From the NCBI GenBank assembly GCA_965645245.1, contig OZ287080.1, positions 682,001 to 746,000 on the forward strand: a stretch of DNA of 64,000 nucleotides, written 5' to 3'. This DNA is from Massalongia carnosa (Eukaryota). Below are positions 1 to 12,898 of this stretch, piece after piece. Made by a program: the position numbers and the translations under genes. The notes under the pieces are model-generated. The model had not been told where the DNA came from. It searched no databases and was given only the letters and a program-made list of their open reading frames with translations. Numbering within the stretch: position 1 is the stretch's first letter; each line of letters opens with the position of its first letter.

Positions 1-1052
1 TCCAAGTAGTCTGTATCGGATGACGCTGCTGTCGAGCTTTTTCTCAAATTCTTACGCTTCATATGGGAATTTCGAGAGAAATAAGAGCTCCTTCTCTCAT
101 CCTTGGGCGTCAGGTTTGAAATATCCGTTGATGCAAGAATTCGCTCCAGTCTTTCCAAGTCTACGCTTTCAACTGATAAATCGGAAGCGGCTCTCTTATG
201 CCCAACGTGTTTGGTTGAAGGGATATCATTAGTCTCATCAAAGGAAGAAGTCGTAGCGTGAGGATAGTCAGCAACATTTGATGTACGTTCTAGCTTTTTG
301 GGCACGCGCGTAGCTTTCTTTGCCTTCTCGTGCTGAAGCCAATCAATTACTTGGGAAATCATATGAGCAGAGTGATGCTGATGAGTGTGGTGATGAAATC
401 GTTCTTTATGCGCTTGAGGTCTCTCGCCTTCACTTATCGGTAAATCTGAGTTGGGTGGAGTTGTGAAGCTGGCTGTACTTGGGAAGGATTGTAGAGAAGA
501 CGATGATGCATCCAGCGCCAGTCTCCCCAATAAGCGTTTGGGGCCTGAAGCCCGATGCTGTTTCGCGTTTGCATGGTCCGAAGTATGCGAAGGTGGTTTT
601 CCATCTAGTCTTGGAGTAGACTTTGGAGATATACTCTCAGGTTCCACAATTGAGACAGCTGGAACAGAAAGAAGATTAGCCGACGAGTTGTGTTTGTAAA
701 ACTTCATCGGCGACAAGAAGACGAGGTTGTGCAAACGCGTCACAATCACCGGGTTTTGTCTTACAGCATGCTCATGTAAAAACCGCTGGGAACAACGATT
801 GCATTTTTTGTATCGAAAAGAAATCCCAGGGCGACTCTTGCTACCTTTGCAAACACAGAAATCCTCTCGGGACGCCCTTAGAAGAATATTCCTGATCGAT
901 TGACCAAGCACGAAGGCAATGAAATAAGTCTCGAGACGTTTCCCTATTTCGCATGCCGAGTCTTATGTCTTTCCCTCGAGCTAAAAAGAAAATGACTGAC
1001 CTTTGGAAGGTCCAGAGCGAGGAGAAAATTCTTGTACATCATTCGCAGACAT
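1..1052 (-). CDS. 5' part of a probable choline/ethanolamine kinase (runs off the window start); exon 1 1052-1001, intron 1000-659, exon 2 658->1
   Basis: Spliced translation MSANDVQEFSPRSGPSK|AVSIVEPE...HHHTHQHHSAHMISQVIDWLQHEKAKK...VDLERLERIL...RKSSTAASSDTDYL. GTCAGT donor, GCTAAT branch and TTCCAG acceptor. Resembles from memory the N-terminal extension of filamentous-fungal choline kinases; the catalytic domain is outside the window. Confidence 0.65.
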
Positions 1053-1706
1053 GATCGGTTTTGTTGTGAATCACTTGTAGCCTGGTGGATTTAATCTCTT
1101 CAACACGCTATAACTATTCCTTGATCAAAGTGACGTGGGACACGAAGGGAGAGCAAAGGCTTCTGTGGGTTCCTCCACGCATCTACTCAGGTGTTGGATG
1201 TAGGGATGTTGGAGCAAGTGTCTGCAGTTATGGTAACCGACAACGGGGAATGTTTTAAAGCGAATGAAAGTGAGTACTTATATTTCTTGAGAGAACCTAT
1301 CAGCACCCCCCCATTACCATCCATTCTATCAAAACAAACTTGATGACGAGCATTTGCATCATGCAAGAGGTCACTTCAATTACATTAAGAGATCAAATCA
1401 AGGGTTAGTCAATAACGTAATTTCCGAAACTCCTTGACTACTATTTCAGCAAGCAGATTTACCGGTAGTTCACATGCAAGTAGTGAGAACTAGCTTCTAG
1501 AAAGGTTCCCTGAATTCTCACAATCGTAATCTATATATACCCAAACACGAGTACTCGTACTAGCATCGACGATTAGAGGTAACTGAATGAGGAAGCTCTC
1601 CTCTAAAACCACAACGCCTCTAGCCGTGTTCCAACCCCCTATATCATTTCATTGACAGGTACGATAGCTGGTGTTGTTAGGTTCCAGCTTGTTTGATCAT
1701 TAACTC

Positions 1707-2325
1707 TTAACCAAACCTCCTCCTGATCGGGATTGGACTACCAGTGGCACCAGCGGCGCCAGCTATGTTAGCTCCGCTTGATGGAGCAACACCAGTGGAT
1801 AGCGCTGCTCCGACCGCCGCACCGGTAGGACCACGACTACCGGTTGGCACAACGCCTCCAGCACATCCCCCGAATGGTACCCCGGTACCAACCACAAGGG
1901 AATGGCCCGTACCTTGTGCGCGGCGGTAGTAACGATTGAAAGGACCTCCGACTCGAGGGCTGCGTTTTTGGGCACCAAAGTACGTGGCATTACATGTACC
2001 ATTGACAACATTCAAATTAATGGTTGTAGCGGTGCTGGTGGCGCCCATCGCCGTTGATTTTGAGACGGGTACAGGAGCAGTCCCTTGAAAACCGAGAACT
2101 TCATGGCGTCGGACATCGTGAGGAGTGGCTACCGAGCCCTCGACTGATTGAATGGAAGCGACAGCGCGAATGAATTTGAGACTCGCTTCGTACCATGGAG
2201 CTATACATGATATTACTATCTATTTGTTGCACAACGCAGCCTCGAAACCTCTTCAACATACCAGCATTAGTTGTTGCAGCTATCAGAGCTATGAAAAAAA
2301 GCCAGCAGCCTGAATGAGTGTACAT
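1707..2325 (-). CDS. Small secreted Gly/Ala/Thr-rich protein, 185 aa, with dibasic (Kex2-type) sites; intron 2261-2201
   Basis: Signal-peptide-like MYTHSGCWLFFIALIAATTNA. A GTATGT...TATAG intron joins it in frame to ORF 1707..2048, which ends PIPIRRRFG. Confidence 0.7.
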
Positions 2326-3404
2326 CCTATTGAAGGTGGGATTATATCGATAGAGTAAGATTGAAAATATGAATGAGTGAGAGAGAGAAAAAGAGAGAGG
2401 CGTTTAGAAGAATAAGAAATAAGTGAAAGAACAGCAGTAATTGCTGGCAGGAGGTTGCCAAAGAGGAGACGAGGTGGATACAGTTTGTAGCTGGAGAGCT
2501 GTCCATGGCTTCTTGTACGAGTTTGCTCCGGCTTGTCATGAGGCTGAATCATGCCTTACAAGAATAGATGCACTCGTAAAGTTGGTGTTGAAGGACTGAT
2601 CAGCACAAAGTGTCCGATAACGATGCAATATTAGCCCAGTCAATTTCGTTCTCTCAAACACATGATTATCTGTGGCTTGAAAGATTGCGACGACAAGCGG
2701 TAGAAGAAAAACTAAGCTGGGAATATGGAACATATAGCTTCTTCAGCTACCCCAATCAAGCTCTCGTTAACATTCATGAAGAAAATCCTGATGCCATTTG
2801 TGGTGTCATTTAATGATATGGTTTGGGATGGTAACATAAGTGAAAGGCTACGGAGCTTCTATCACACCCACAATCCTGAAACTGGGGTTGGCTGTAGCCA
2901 AGCGATTGCCATAAAATGTTCAACTAACCCTGCAATAACAAGTATAATTGGGACTTCATAGACCGTGCAATACCGCATAAAAATAATGAGACAAAGTACG
3001 TTGCGAGACCTCTTGGTGCGGCTGTAGGGCGCATCTTGGAGTTCAAGTAAGTGTGAGCAATTAGAGCATAACAGATCCTTCGGCTACTCAACGAAAACAC
3101 GTATAGCGATCCTAAAGTTGGAGGCAAGCGCTTGCCTTCGACATTAAAATAGGCATATTCTCCAGATTCGTCATACTGTACGAAGTATAGAGTAATAGAG
3201 TAGTTACAGAAGAGAATAGGTGGATGTGGCGAAAGGCTTTCGGTAAGTTAACAGACCTAGTCAAAATTAGTGATAGTTAGCCACGCTAGTCAGCTAGTTA
3301 AGCGATGGCGCTAGTTGAAACCCACGAAACCGCTTTCCATAAATCAAGACTTGCAGGGCTCTCAATAACATCGTCGCCATAATCCATAGAGCGTAAAGAT
3401 TATC

Positions 3405-4029
3405 ATGTGTAAGCCATTCATAGCTTGCTGAAGCTGCTTCTAATTTTACTTTCCTCTTGCGGTTCTTGGTCGCTGACCGTCATTGCAGCGCTCGTATCAG
3501 GAGAGAAGTCGAACTTCCAGTTCATCCTTCGTCTCCTAAACACCAACGTTGATGGCAAGCAAAAGATCATGTACGCCCTCACGAAGATAAAGGGTGTTGG
3601 ACGCCGATACTCGAATTTGGTGTGCAAAAAGGCCGATGTAGACCTAAACAAACGGTGGGTAGCCTCACTTTGTGTCTATAACCTAAAATCACGTACCAGC
3701 TATATCTTACTAATCGATTTATTCTATCTAGAGCTGGAGAGATCACGTCCGAAGAGCTTGAGCGCATTGTCACCATTATTCAAAACCCTACCCAGTACAA
3801 AATTCCCACCTGGTTCCTCAATCGACAACGCGACATTGTGGACGGCAAGGACTCTCAGGTGCTTGCCAACGGCATGGACAGCAAATTGCGCGAGGATTTG
3901 GAGCGGCTGAAGAAGATCCGCGCCCATCGTGGGCTACGCCATTACTGGGGTCTACGCGTTCGAGGTCAGCATTCTAAGACCACGGGACGAAGAGGAAGGA
4001 CTGTTGGTGTGTCCAAGAAGAAGGGTTGA
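3405..4029 (+). CDS. RPS18: 40S ribosomal protein S18 (uS13); exons 3405-3408, 3489-3654, 3732-4029
   Basis: Spliced product [68 protein letters not shown]...[34 protein letters not shown]. Confidence 0.98.
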
Positions 4030-4303
4030 GTGGAGGGTGGCAGAGAAGCTTCGGGATGAGTTTGTGGTGCCAACTTTGGAAGACAGGCTTGCGTGCATTG
4101 TCGCTTTGGGGGGCTGCGCGCATCAGATTCATGATGAATTCGGAGATGTCAGCTCACTTCGGGTCAAGTAGCGCCTAGGTCCAACCGTGTCGCTGATCCT
4201 CTGTGCATGACTATGACCGTTCCACGAAAAGCTAGCATTTAATGTCGTGATAGCACACTCGGGTGCCACAGGCCGAGGGCAAAGAAACATGTGGCTTGAA
4301 TAT

Positions 4304-5371
4304 CTAATCCTCTTCATGTACGATTGCCATATCCAACACCTCAACTCTTCCTCGACCTTTGGTCTCCCCACCCACAAACTCTCCTAATCCTTTGAACGCT
4401 CCTGGCTCCACAAAACCCACGACCTCCCAGTCCTGGCCCGACGTGTCCTGCGTCTCAACTTGCTCCACATAACTCAGTATCCTATCCTTGACTGTCCCGG
4501 ACGTCTTCTCCCCATCATCATCCCCTTGCGTATCGTCCCGCCCATCCTTCTTAGGTGCAGCTTTTACTGCTTGTTTCAGGATCCCCGTAGGACAGGTTAT
4601 CCGTACTCTCATCCTCGCTCTGGACACCGGGATCGGCTGCCACGCTATCAAAGCTTTCATCGCTTCAAGCGCTTGGCTTTTCGCCGATTTTGTTCCCACC
4701 ACCCCAGTCCACGTCGGCATGTCCTTCGCTTTCCCTTTAATTACCTCGGTATTCTCATCCCCGTTTGGGGCTGCCGTTACAGCCCCACCACCTTTCCCGC
4801 TTTCTTCGTGCTTGTGTGCACCTTGGCTACTCAGCTGATCTAAGGCTTTTTCAATCATGCCGGTCGTATAGACACGTTTGGTCTTAGGATCCACCAGCTT
4901 GCCCGCCACAATGTCTAGCACCTCGACATGTACGCGTTCCAGCTGAGCATGACGTTCCTTCTCACCGACTTGCATCTCGCCCTTTTTGAGGATTTCAATT
5001 ATTATTTCGTCGACCGTTTTGGTCCCAAAGGCTTTGGCTAGGTCTTGGGTCGGGGCCGTTTGGCCTTTACTGACGGAGAGGAAGACGGAGTGGATTTGAA
5101 GCACATTATCAAGGTCGGTTTCGGCGCCGGAGCGATATTCAAGGACTTTGTTCTTGTAGCAGGCGATTTCGAAGCGTTTCTTACCTAAACGGAGGAGGTG
5201 AACATGTGTAGCTAGGCAAAATATCCACAACAGGACTGACCAACCCTTTCTCAAACGAACAAGCGATACGTTGGTGAGACGGATTTGGTTCGATGGCTAT
5301 TTGCTTGAAGTCAGATGCTGGGGTTAAGGATGATTGCTAAGAAGTCTAACCTGGTTGATTCCAACTGGCAT
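4304..5371 (-). CDS. SDO1: Ribosome maturation factor SDO1/SBDS, two short 5' introns
   Basis: MPVGINQ|PSNQIRLTNVSLVRLRKG|KKRFEIACYKNKVLEYRSG...EILKKGEMQVGEKER...PISRARMR-like motif (PVSRARMRVRITCP). Confidence 0.95.
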
Positions 5372-5914
5372 TTTGACAAACTATCTCTTTAGCAGAAGCT
5401 AACCAAGAGGCTTTTTCTTTTCTTCTCAATTCCAGATTTCTTATGTTCTATATGTTCTGAATTTCGCAGATAATCTTTGTTGGCGGTGGGCACTACTGTG
5501 AGTATGCGCTGGAGAAGTACCTAGACCGACTTCCCGATCTTCCCCTACGTCAAGGCCCATCATACACACGCTACGCTACTACAGCAGTATATTTTGATAG
5601 TTAGCAGTACGCCACGCTGTTCCGACTACCATCACAGCCAACGATTAGCTCATAATACGTTGTTGATATTCATCTACTACCATTGCACAACCAAAACCCT
5701 AATATAGGGCTTATCGATAACGTTTTGGACCTCGGCAAATTATTAGAGTAAGTTCAAAGCGTCATGGTGGCTTCTTGCAGGGCAGATGCTATCACACGCT
5801 ATTTACTCCATGAATATTGGTACGAATAGAAACAGAAACGATGGATTCATCGGCACGGCTTGATATATATTTTGAGATTAGCTCATTCTATGTTCAACCT
5901 TCACCTATAGCCTA

Positions 5915-7099
5915 ATGGGGGACTCACAGAAGCCTCCGAAGGCCATTCTCTTCGATATTGGTGGTGTTTGTGTGCGTTCGGTTAAGCATTCTCAATTGAG
6001 CATCAAGTAATAATTTGATTCATAAAGCTAACCTTAACACCAGGTTCTATCCCCATTGGAAGCCATCACAGCTTACGAGATCAAAAACGGCATTCCACCC
6101 AGCTGGATTAATTATGCCATATCCCGCAGTGCCCCTAATGGGTTTTGGCAGCGTCTAGAGCGAGGAGAAATCCTGTTAGATGATGACTTCTTGAAAGGCT
6201 TCCAAGCGGATCTGCAGAACAAAGAAGTATGGAGGAAATTCAATTTAGAATCTACGAAAAGCAGAAAAAAGCTTAAGGATACTGCCAATTCGACGCAGCT
6301 GGGAGATCCAGTCAGCCTGAAGGCTGAAACTGCAGATTCAAGCCCTACAGATGAGGAGCGAGGAGCTCGGCCTGTAGCTGAATTCAACGGAAAGCTGTCA
6401 CAACGGAAAACAGATATGGTAAAGCCAATGCTATCGAAACTAGCCAAAGACACTACAATCGGCGACCCAGTGAGCCTCGAAGTTGAAGACGTGATAATTT
6501 CATCTGAAAGCCCCGGCAAAGCCAACACGGAACCCTTGAGATCACCCCCACCACTTCAATCCCCATCCGCCGAAGACAGCCAAACTAAAGTATTGGCAAC
6601 CCCTCCCATCCCCTCCCTCGATGCCCATACTCTTTTCTGGTCCATGATGGCCCACTCCCGCACCCCAGACCCCAACATCTTCCCCGTCCTCCAAGAACTC
6701 TCCACTCACCGCTACCCCTTCATCCTTGGCGCCCTATCCAACACCATCATCTTCCCCTCTACGCAACCCTACTCTCAACCCCTGAGCCCCACCCCTCTGC
6801 GCCCGCTCTTCCATGTCTTCATCGCCAGCGCCGAAGTCGGTCTGCGCAAACCGCACCACGCCATTTACGAGCTCGCGATCCGCGAACTGGACCGGTTCGA
6901 CCGCGAGGCGCGAGGTGGCGACGGGGTTCGGGCGGGCGAAGTGGTGTTCCTGGACGACATTGGAGAGAATCTGAGGGTGGCCAGAGAGGTTGGCATGAGG
7001 ACTTTGAGGGTGAGGGCTGGGGAGACGAAGCGGGCTGTAGAGGAGTTGGAGCGGGTGTTGGAGGTGGATTTGACGGCGAGGGCGAGGGCGAAACTGTAG
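5915..7099 (+). CDS. HAD-superfamily hydrolase (soluble epoxide hydrolase N-terminal phosphatase / ACAD10-like); intron 5972-6043; C-terminal AKL (PTS1)
   Basis: Motif I AILFDIGGVC, motif II ALSNT, motif III GLRKP, motif IV VFLDDIGENL; ends ...RARAKL*. Confidence 0.88.
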
Positions 7100-7349
7100 A
7101 TGAGTAGCAACGATGGGTTTAGAAACACGCTTATATACATTCATTCTTCCCTTTCCAACAACCCCTTCCACTTCGCTACTATCTACTCATGTACTGTTCC
7201 CCGTCGCCGACCTCCTCATCTCAACTCCTCCATACTTTTGTCCACTCCATTACCATACATCACCGTACCACCAAGACATAGCTACATATTCCTTCCTTCA
7301 TTCCGTCATCCTCCCCTGTATCTCGTCAAATCTAGATTTGTGGTTCACT

Positions 7350-7660
7350 TCTTCTTCTACTTCTACTTCTACTTCTACTATGTCTATGTATTTCTTCCGA
7401 TTTTCTCTCTCTTTAGCAGTCTCATCCTCATGACAAATAGCTAGACAAATAAGTGAATGGATGGGCTGCTGCTTCTTCTTCTTCTTCTTCTTCTTCTTCT
7501 ATGTAATTCATCCAATTCTCTCTCTCTCTCTCTCTCTCGTTAGTAGTTAGTCTCATCCATTCATTCTCTTGGCGAATATGCAAATGGATAAATAGACAGA
7601 AGATAGATAGATAGATATGTATGTATGTAGGAAGGAAGGACGAGGACAGAAGGGAGGGAA
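7350..7660. repeat. Microsatellite / low-complexity cluster: (CTTCTA)n, (CTT)n, (CT)n, (GATA)n, (GTAT)n
   Basis: Directly visible simple repeats in intergenic DNA. Confidence 0.9.
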
Positions 7661-8432
7661 AGAGCAAAGAGGAAAAGAGAAAGATATACAGGGTAAGACA
7701 AAGTAATAGCAAAAGAAGAAGGGAAGGGATAGGATGAGGAAGAGGGAGAAAAAAAGCGCAAAAGAGGGAGAGAAAAAACCCAGGAGAGGAGGAACGAAGA
7801 CAGAGCGAACGATCGAACGGAAGAAACACATGAATACAATAACACAAAAAGAGATAGATGTGAAGAAGGAGGAAAGAGAAGAAAAGAACTCAAAGGATCT
7901 CGATCTCTCTCTCAAAAAAGGAGGGAATTTAGAGAAGATAAACTATATAGGTATTGATGACTTGTTTTTGTTTTGTTTAAGATTCAAAATAAGTAGGTTA
8001 TCGAAATCAAACCATCTACCTACCTACTATAAAATCAAGGTGTTTTTACTTTCCCCCCTTTACCCCCCCTTCCTTAAGTTAACAAGAACGCAAGCAAAGA
8101 CACCAGTCGACTTGGGGATATGACAATGGTTTTATATTTAATTGGTTAGATTCCTATCTACAACCCCCCCCCCCCCAGACAACACGAATCCGCACTACAC
8201 TGCACGTATAACCAATCATATCCCGCATCCTCCGCTTTCGTCTAATAAATCCGGCCCCAGCCAAAACCTGTACGATGCTTTTCCGCCGCTCCGAAGCACG
8301 CATGACCCTCGCCGCCCCCCCCTCTGCCATACCAAAAAGGTTACTCCCCAGCCGCCCGTCCATCTCCCCATCAGATAGTAACCGCACCCCCCCCCTCCTT
8401 GTATTTTTATTTTAAATGCTCTCGGAGTCGTC

Positions 8433-11146
8433 CTAGTTCATAACGTAAACCGGCGCTTTGGCCAGGACGCTGCGCCCCCTCACCTCGACAGCCATAAAAG
8501 CCGCAAGACGGACCCGGTCCTCCTTCGGCGGGGGTGGGGCTTGTTGTACCTGCTGCTGGACCTGCTGCTGGGCCGCGCTAGCCGCCACGTTCCCACTGGT
8601 TTTCTTCCCTCCCCCAATCAGCCCGCCAAACATGCTTTTCTTCTTGCTCTCCTTCGACGAAGCGCCAGCGCTGCCACTTGCCACAGTACCGCTGGCAACG
8701 GAGCTGCCTGTAGAAGCCAATCCTTGGTCACCGGGGGCGTTGTCTTTCGGCTCCGTGGTGCTGCTGTCCTCAGACGACTTCTCCCCCGCTTCTCCTCCAG
8801 CGGCTCCTTCTTCCGACAGGCTTTCGCCCGGGTTTGTCAAAGCTGGCAAGCCGGTCTCCACCTTCATGTAAGCCTCGTTGACCAGAGCCCCAGGGCAAAC
8901 GTAATCAACGAACACGTCGCGGCTTTCAAGTGGTAGGTTTGCCGCAATGCCCACAGCCAGTTCTATGATCATCGCCACGCCACCCTCCAGACCTGGCGGT
9001 GGGGGATCCTTTAAGCTCATACTCAAACTCGCCATTAGTTTTTCCACCAGCTGCTCCGTAAGTTGCGAGCGGTGTTCAATCGCTTGCGAAGAGGCTAACA
9101 CTTCGTGCAAGCCGTCGAGGGTGGCAAGTCGCCAATTAGAGATACGTGCGAGGAGAGCATCCTTTTCTTCTTCGGAAGGAGTGGGAGCCGCGAAACGGCG
9201 AAGGTTTTTCTCAATAATCTTCAAATGGGCAGATAGTGAAGCATCGAGGGAAGGATGAAAGTACCGATCTAGCAGCTCGTCGACGAGCCAGCGGGATATA
9301 CACGCGCGGCCCACAGCCGTCATCTCGCGCGTGGGCATGGAAGGGGCATCACGGTTAACGTAGGGCCCAAGCCAAGGTGGGACAGCGCGCCAGTCACGAC
9401 GAATATTAAATGAAAGATTATTGATTGCGCCATCCAGGCGTGAGAAACGATTAGCATACTCGTTATCGTCAAGGGAGGTGCGGGATTGATGGAGGCGTTG
9501 GTGGGCAAGCGTATTCTGCAATTGTTGCACTTGCGCTTCCTTATCAAAATAGTATTTCTTGACTTTACGGTATTTATCCTCTGGTTTCAAACGTTCAGGA
9601 TCCGTGCGATGTTGCTAAGAATGCGACAGGGAGTTACATATGAAAAGAGATGGGGCTTACGTAGTTCATCATGCCGTACGAGTAATTGGGCAGGGTCCAA
9701 TCCTGCGAGGTCGTCTCGCGATCTGCTCGGAGGCGGGGGGGTGCTTCGACCATGCTCGGTGCTAGCCTGCGGCGGTATAGGCAATGACTGCGGGGGTGCT
9801 CTGTAGTTGGCTCCTGGGGGGTTGTGTCCTTGTTGACCCCCATATTGGGGCGGTGCGCTGGCTTGGTTTGATTCCTGACCACTTTGCGCATAAGATTGAT
9901 ATCCCGACCTTTCTCTCGTAAGCTCAGTAGGTAGCCTTTGTTGTGATTCATTGGAACCTCGTCCCTGAAGCTGCTGTTGGGATGAAGGACGCGACATCGA
10001 AGCTGGGATGTTGGTACTCGTGGGACCTGGGTGTGGGGCTGCTCGATATGGGTCGGTTCCGAAAGCTCGAGGGTTCTGGACTAATGGCGAAGGCGGGCCG
10101 AATGATTGCTGAGACGACGGTCTACTGATGTCTTGATAATAATGCTGAAGCGTTTCTGGTGCTCCTCGGGATGGCAATGGATGGCTGGATGTAGAGGTGG
10201 CAGAGGATGGCGAAGTTTGGTACGCGGAGAGGTGATGTTGTTGCACTTCCGCTTGGGTGTGATGTGAATGCTGCGCTAGGTGGACAGAGTTTTCCCAGCC
10301 AGAGGAACTTGCAGATCCCTGTGGGTTAAGCGGCGGCCGCTTAACAGTATTGCTAGCCAAGTTTTGCAAAGGTGGTCGGCTAAAGGGATGTTCTTGCTGT
10401 TGTGGGTTTGTGAATTGAGGTGACCTTAACGGTTCCTTTTCCGGTATGGGAGGCCCGCTTGGTAGGGGTTTGAGATGCGAAAGATCTAAGCCAGCACCAC
10501 CTCCTTCTTCCTCTTCGCTTGCGGCTGGCGCGAAAGAGACCGAGTGTCGCTGATGCTGCTGCTGCTGCTGCTGCTGTATTGGATGAATCACAGTTTCGGT
10601 CGACACATATGATGCAGGCGCTTTCCTCCTTACCGATATGCCACGACCAATTCGTTGTGCGTTTAGTCCTCCGTTGTTGACTGGCTCTTTTGAAGAATTT
10701 CCTAATCCAAACAACCCTCTTTTCCTTTGCGTCTCCTTGGTTGGGTGTACGGCTGGCGCCTGTTGATAATAACTATCGGGGTTTTCGTCGACGGATGATG
10801 GCGTACCTCCGCCCGGCGAGGGGACCACAAGGTTGATGGACGGGTGCTGGATATAGGTGGCTGGCGGGGTCCGTTGACTGTGCGTGCGGGCCGGGAAGGG
10901 TAATTGGTAAAATTGAGCTTCGTCGGGGCGATTGGAGTTGTCGTTGTTGTCATGCGGCGGTTGCGGTTGCGAATGCGAAGCAGCAGCTGCCAAGTGCGGC
11001 GAGTAGGCGGGAGAAGGTAGGGGTGAATCAACTGGAGAGGCGTGGAATGGCCGTCTATCATTATTTTGCGGGTGGGGATTGGGGTCGTGGATGTTCACAA
11101 GAGAGCCCTGGGAGCGATTCTTATGGAAGAAATGTCTCGAGGGCAT
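8433..11146 (-). CDS. Conserved fungal hypothetical protein: disordered Pro/Gln/Ser-rich N-terminus, coiled coil, folded C-terminal domain; intron 9660-9581
   Basis: ORFs 9587..11146 and 8433..9590 joined by a GTAAGC...CCAG intron giving RHDELQDKYRKVKKYYFDKEAQVQQLQNTLAHQR... Confidence 0.85.
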
Positions 11147-12898
11147 TGCTTCGCTTCCCTTGGACGGTGAAGCACGGAATGTACTCTGTAGATGCTGACT
11201 AGACTCTCATCCGGCAAAGGCAAGGTATGTAAGGAAGGTCTAGTTGGTCCTGCCCCGATTCAGCGTATAATCGTCAGTTGCCTCTCGTGGGGTCTGGAGC
11301 CTTTCCGTTCCTATCCTGTCTACCGATGTCTCCTGTGCTATTCAGTGCCGTTCAATCCTATCTTTGGCTCAGGGGGATGGATGGATGAATTGGGTGGATG
11401 GAGTCAAAATCATGTCGGTACGTTTTCAACATCGCCATGGCTCCTTTTCCTCTACGGGGTACTTCTGACCAAGAAAGGGGAGGCTCAAGTGGGCAAAGCA
11501 CCGCAGTAGCGGTAGGTTGAGAGCACACCCCAAGTCACACTTGCTGCATCTACAAGGAACGGCAGAGGCACCGAGAGCACACCGCGTCCACGCAGCGTCC
11601 ATAGAGTGAACACTTGCCCCCCTCCCCTATCTTCGCAATGAAATAAAAATAGCCTTGTCCAACTGCGTCTCACTCGTCACCCCACACATGGAGCGTAAAA
11701 AAGCCACAAGCGCAAATATGGTGTGATGGGTGGGCTAGTTGGCCATGTCAGATAGCCACCACCATACAAAGGTTATCTTCTCATGTGCTCTGACCAAAGA
11801 GTAGAGGGAAGAAAGCCAATATCAATATCATCAATGCCCGCCAAGGAGTCATTCAAGCTTGTTCAACCTTCCTGTACGGCGCAACAGTTCGACAACGAGG
11901 CTGTGTGCATACACTGGCTCTCAGCCGTGAATTGATGGACCTCGATTCATGGCAATTCAGCTTACAACATAATTCGTAATGAGGATTTCATGATTAGTTC
12001 ACAGGAATTGCCACAGCGGTCAGTCCTTGCTTTAGTGGTTTGTAAAAGGATCCCATCGTTATAAAAGACTTTTATATCAGGTTTGTTGTTGGGGAAAGAG
12101 GGGAGGGGGAACAAGAGTCTTGATTGTATGCTCCAATCGATTGACCCGTTGACAAAAAGCTTCGGTCAGCACTCTAGAACACCAAGCTTGTGCGCTGGAG
12201 CGAATGCGTCTCCCAGACCCTCTCAATGATGTAAGATCAAGTTTGAGCATGAAACGAAAAGATCCGGAGATGGAGAGTTGATGTTCGATGTTCTATTCAT
12301 AGCGAGGGAAAGGTGCGTTCGGGAAACGGAACTTCGGTGAAAACGGCCGGATCTGCCACTCCCACATGCCTCCTTTGGATGATTGTACTTCTCGATATGT
12401 ATGTAAGCATGCATCCGACCTCGTCAACAGCCAACCCTCTGCATCTGTACATCTTGCCTTTCGTAATGCAATGGTGGCTGATTCTTCTCTTCAGCGCTAC
12501 AGAGAAACTAATCCGTACGCACACAAACACACACACATACACATCTTTCTGAAACGTGGCCTATCGATGAAGCCCAATCATACGTGTTTTGATGGGACCC
12601 CCGCACCCCCTTCTATGTGGGCACATCGATGATCTATGTCAAGCACCTTCTATCCGACTACGTCTTTACTCAGCCTCAATCAATCAAAGCTTCTTCGATT
12701 TCTTCAATGAGAGATGCTGGCCGTTGCTATTCGCGTCCATGAACTCCGAACTGATAGCCCCAAGCACGAAACTGAAAGTATGCTAGATAATCATGTATAT
12801 AGCAACTGTATCTCGTCTACTTTCGGCTGAGTCTCCCTCGGTACCCAATGACTCGTAATCAAACACTACCCAAACCTAAACTCACCCCAGACCGTGAT

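Noticed and set aside
2342..3160. Short ORFs upstream of RPS18
   Set aside because: No recognisable product or consistent splicing.
3405..5371. Convergent RPS18-SDO1 pair as a functional ribosome cluster
   Set aside because: Two adjacent housekeeping genes are not evidence of a system without synteny data.
7100..8400. Multiple ORFs in the track
   Set aside because: They are translations of microsatellite or low-complexity intergenic DNA.
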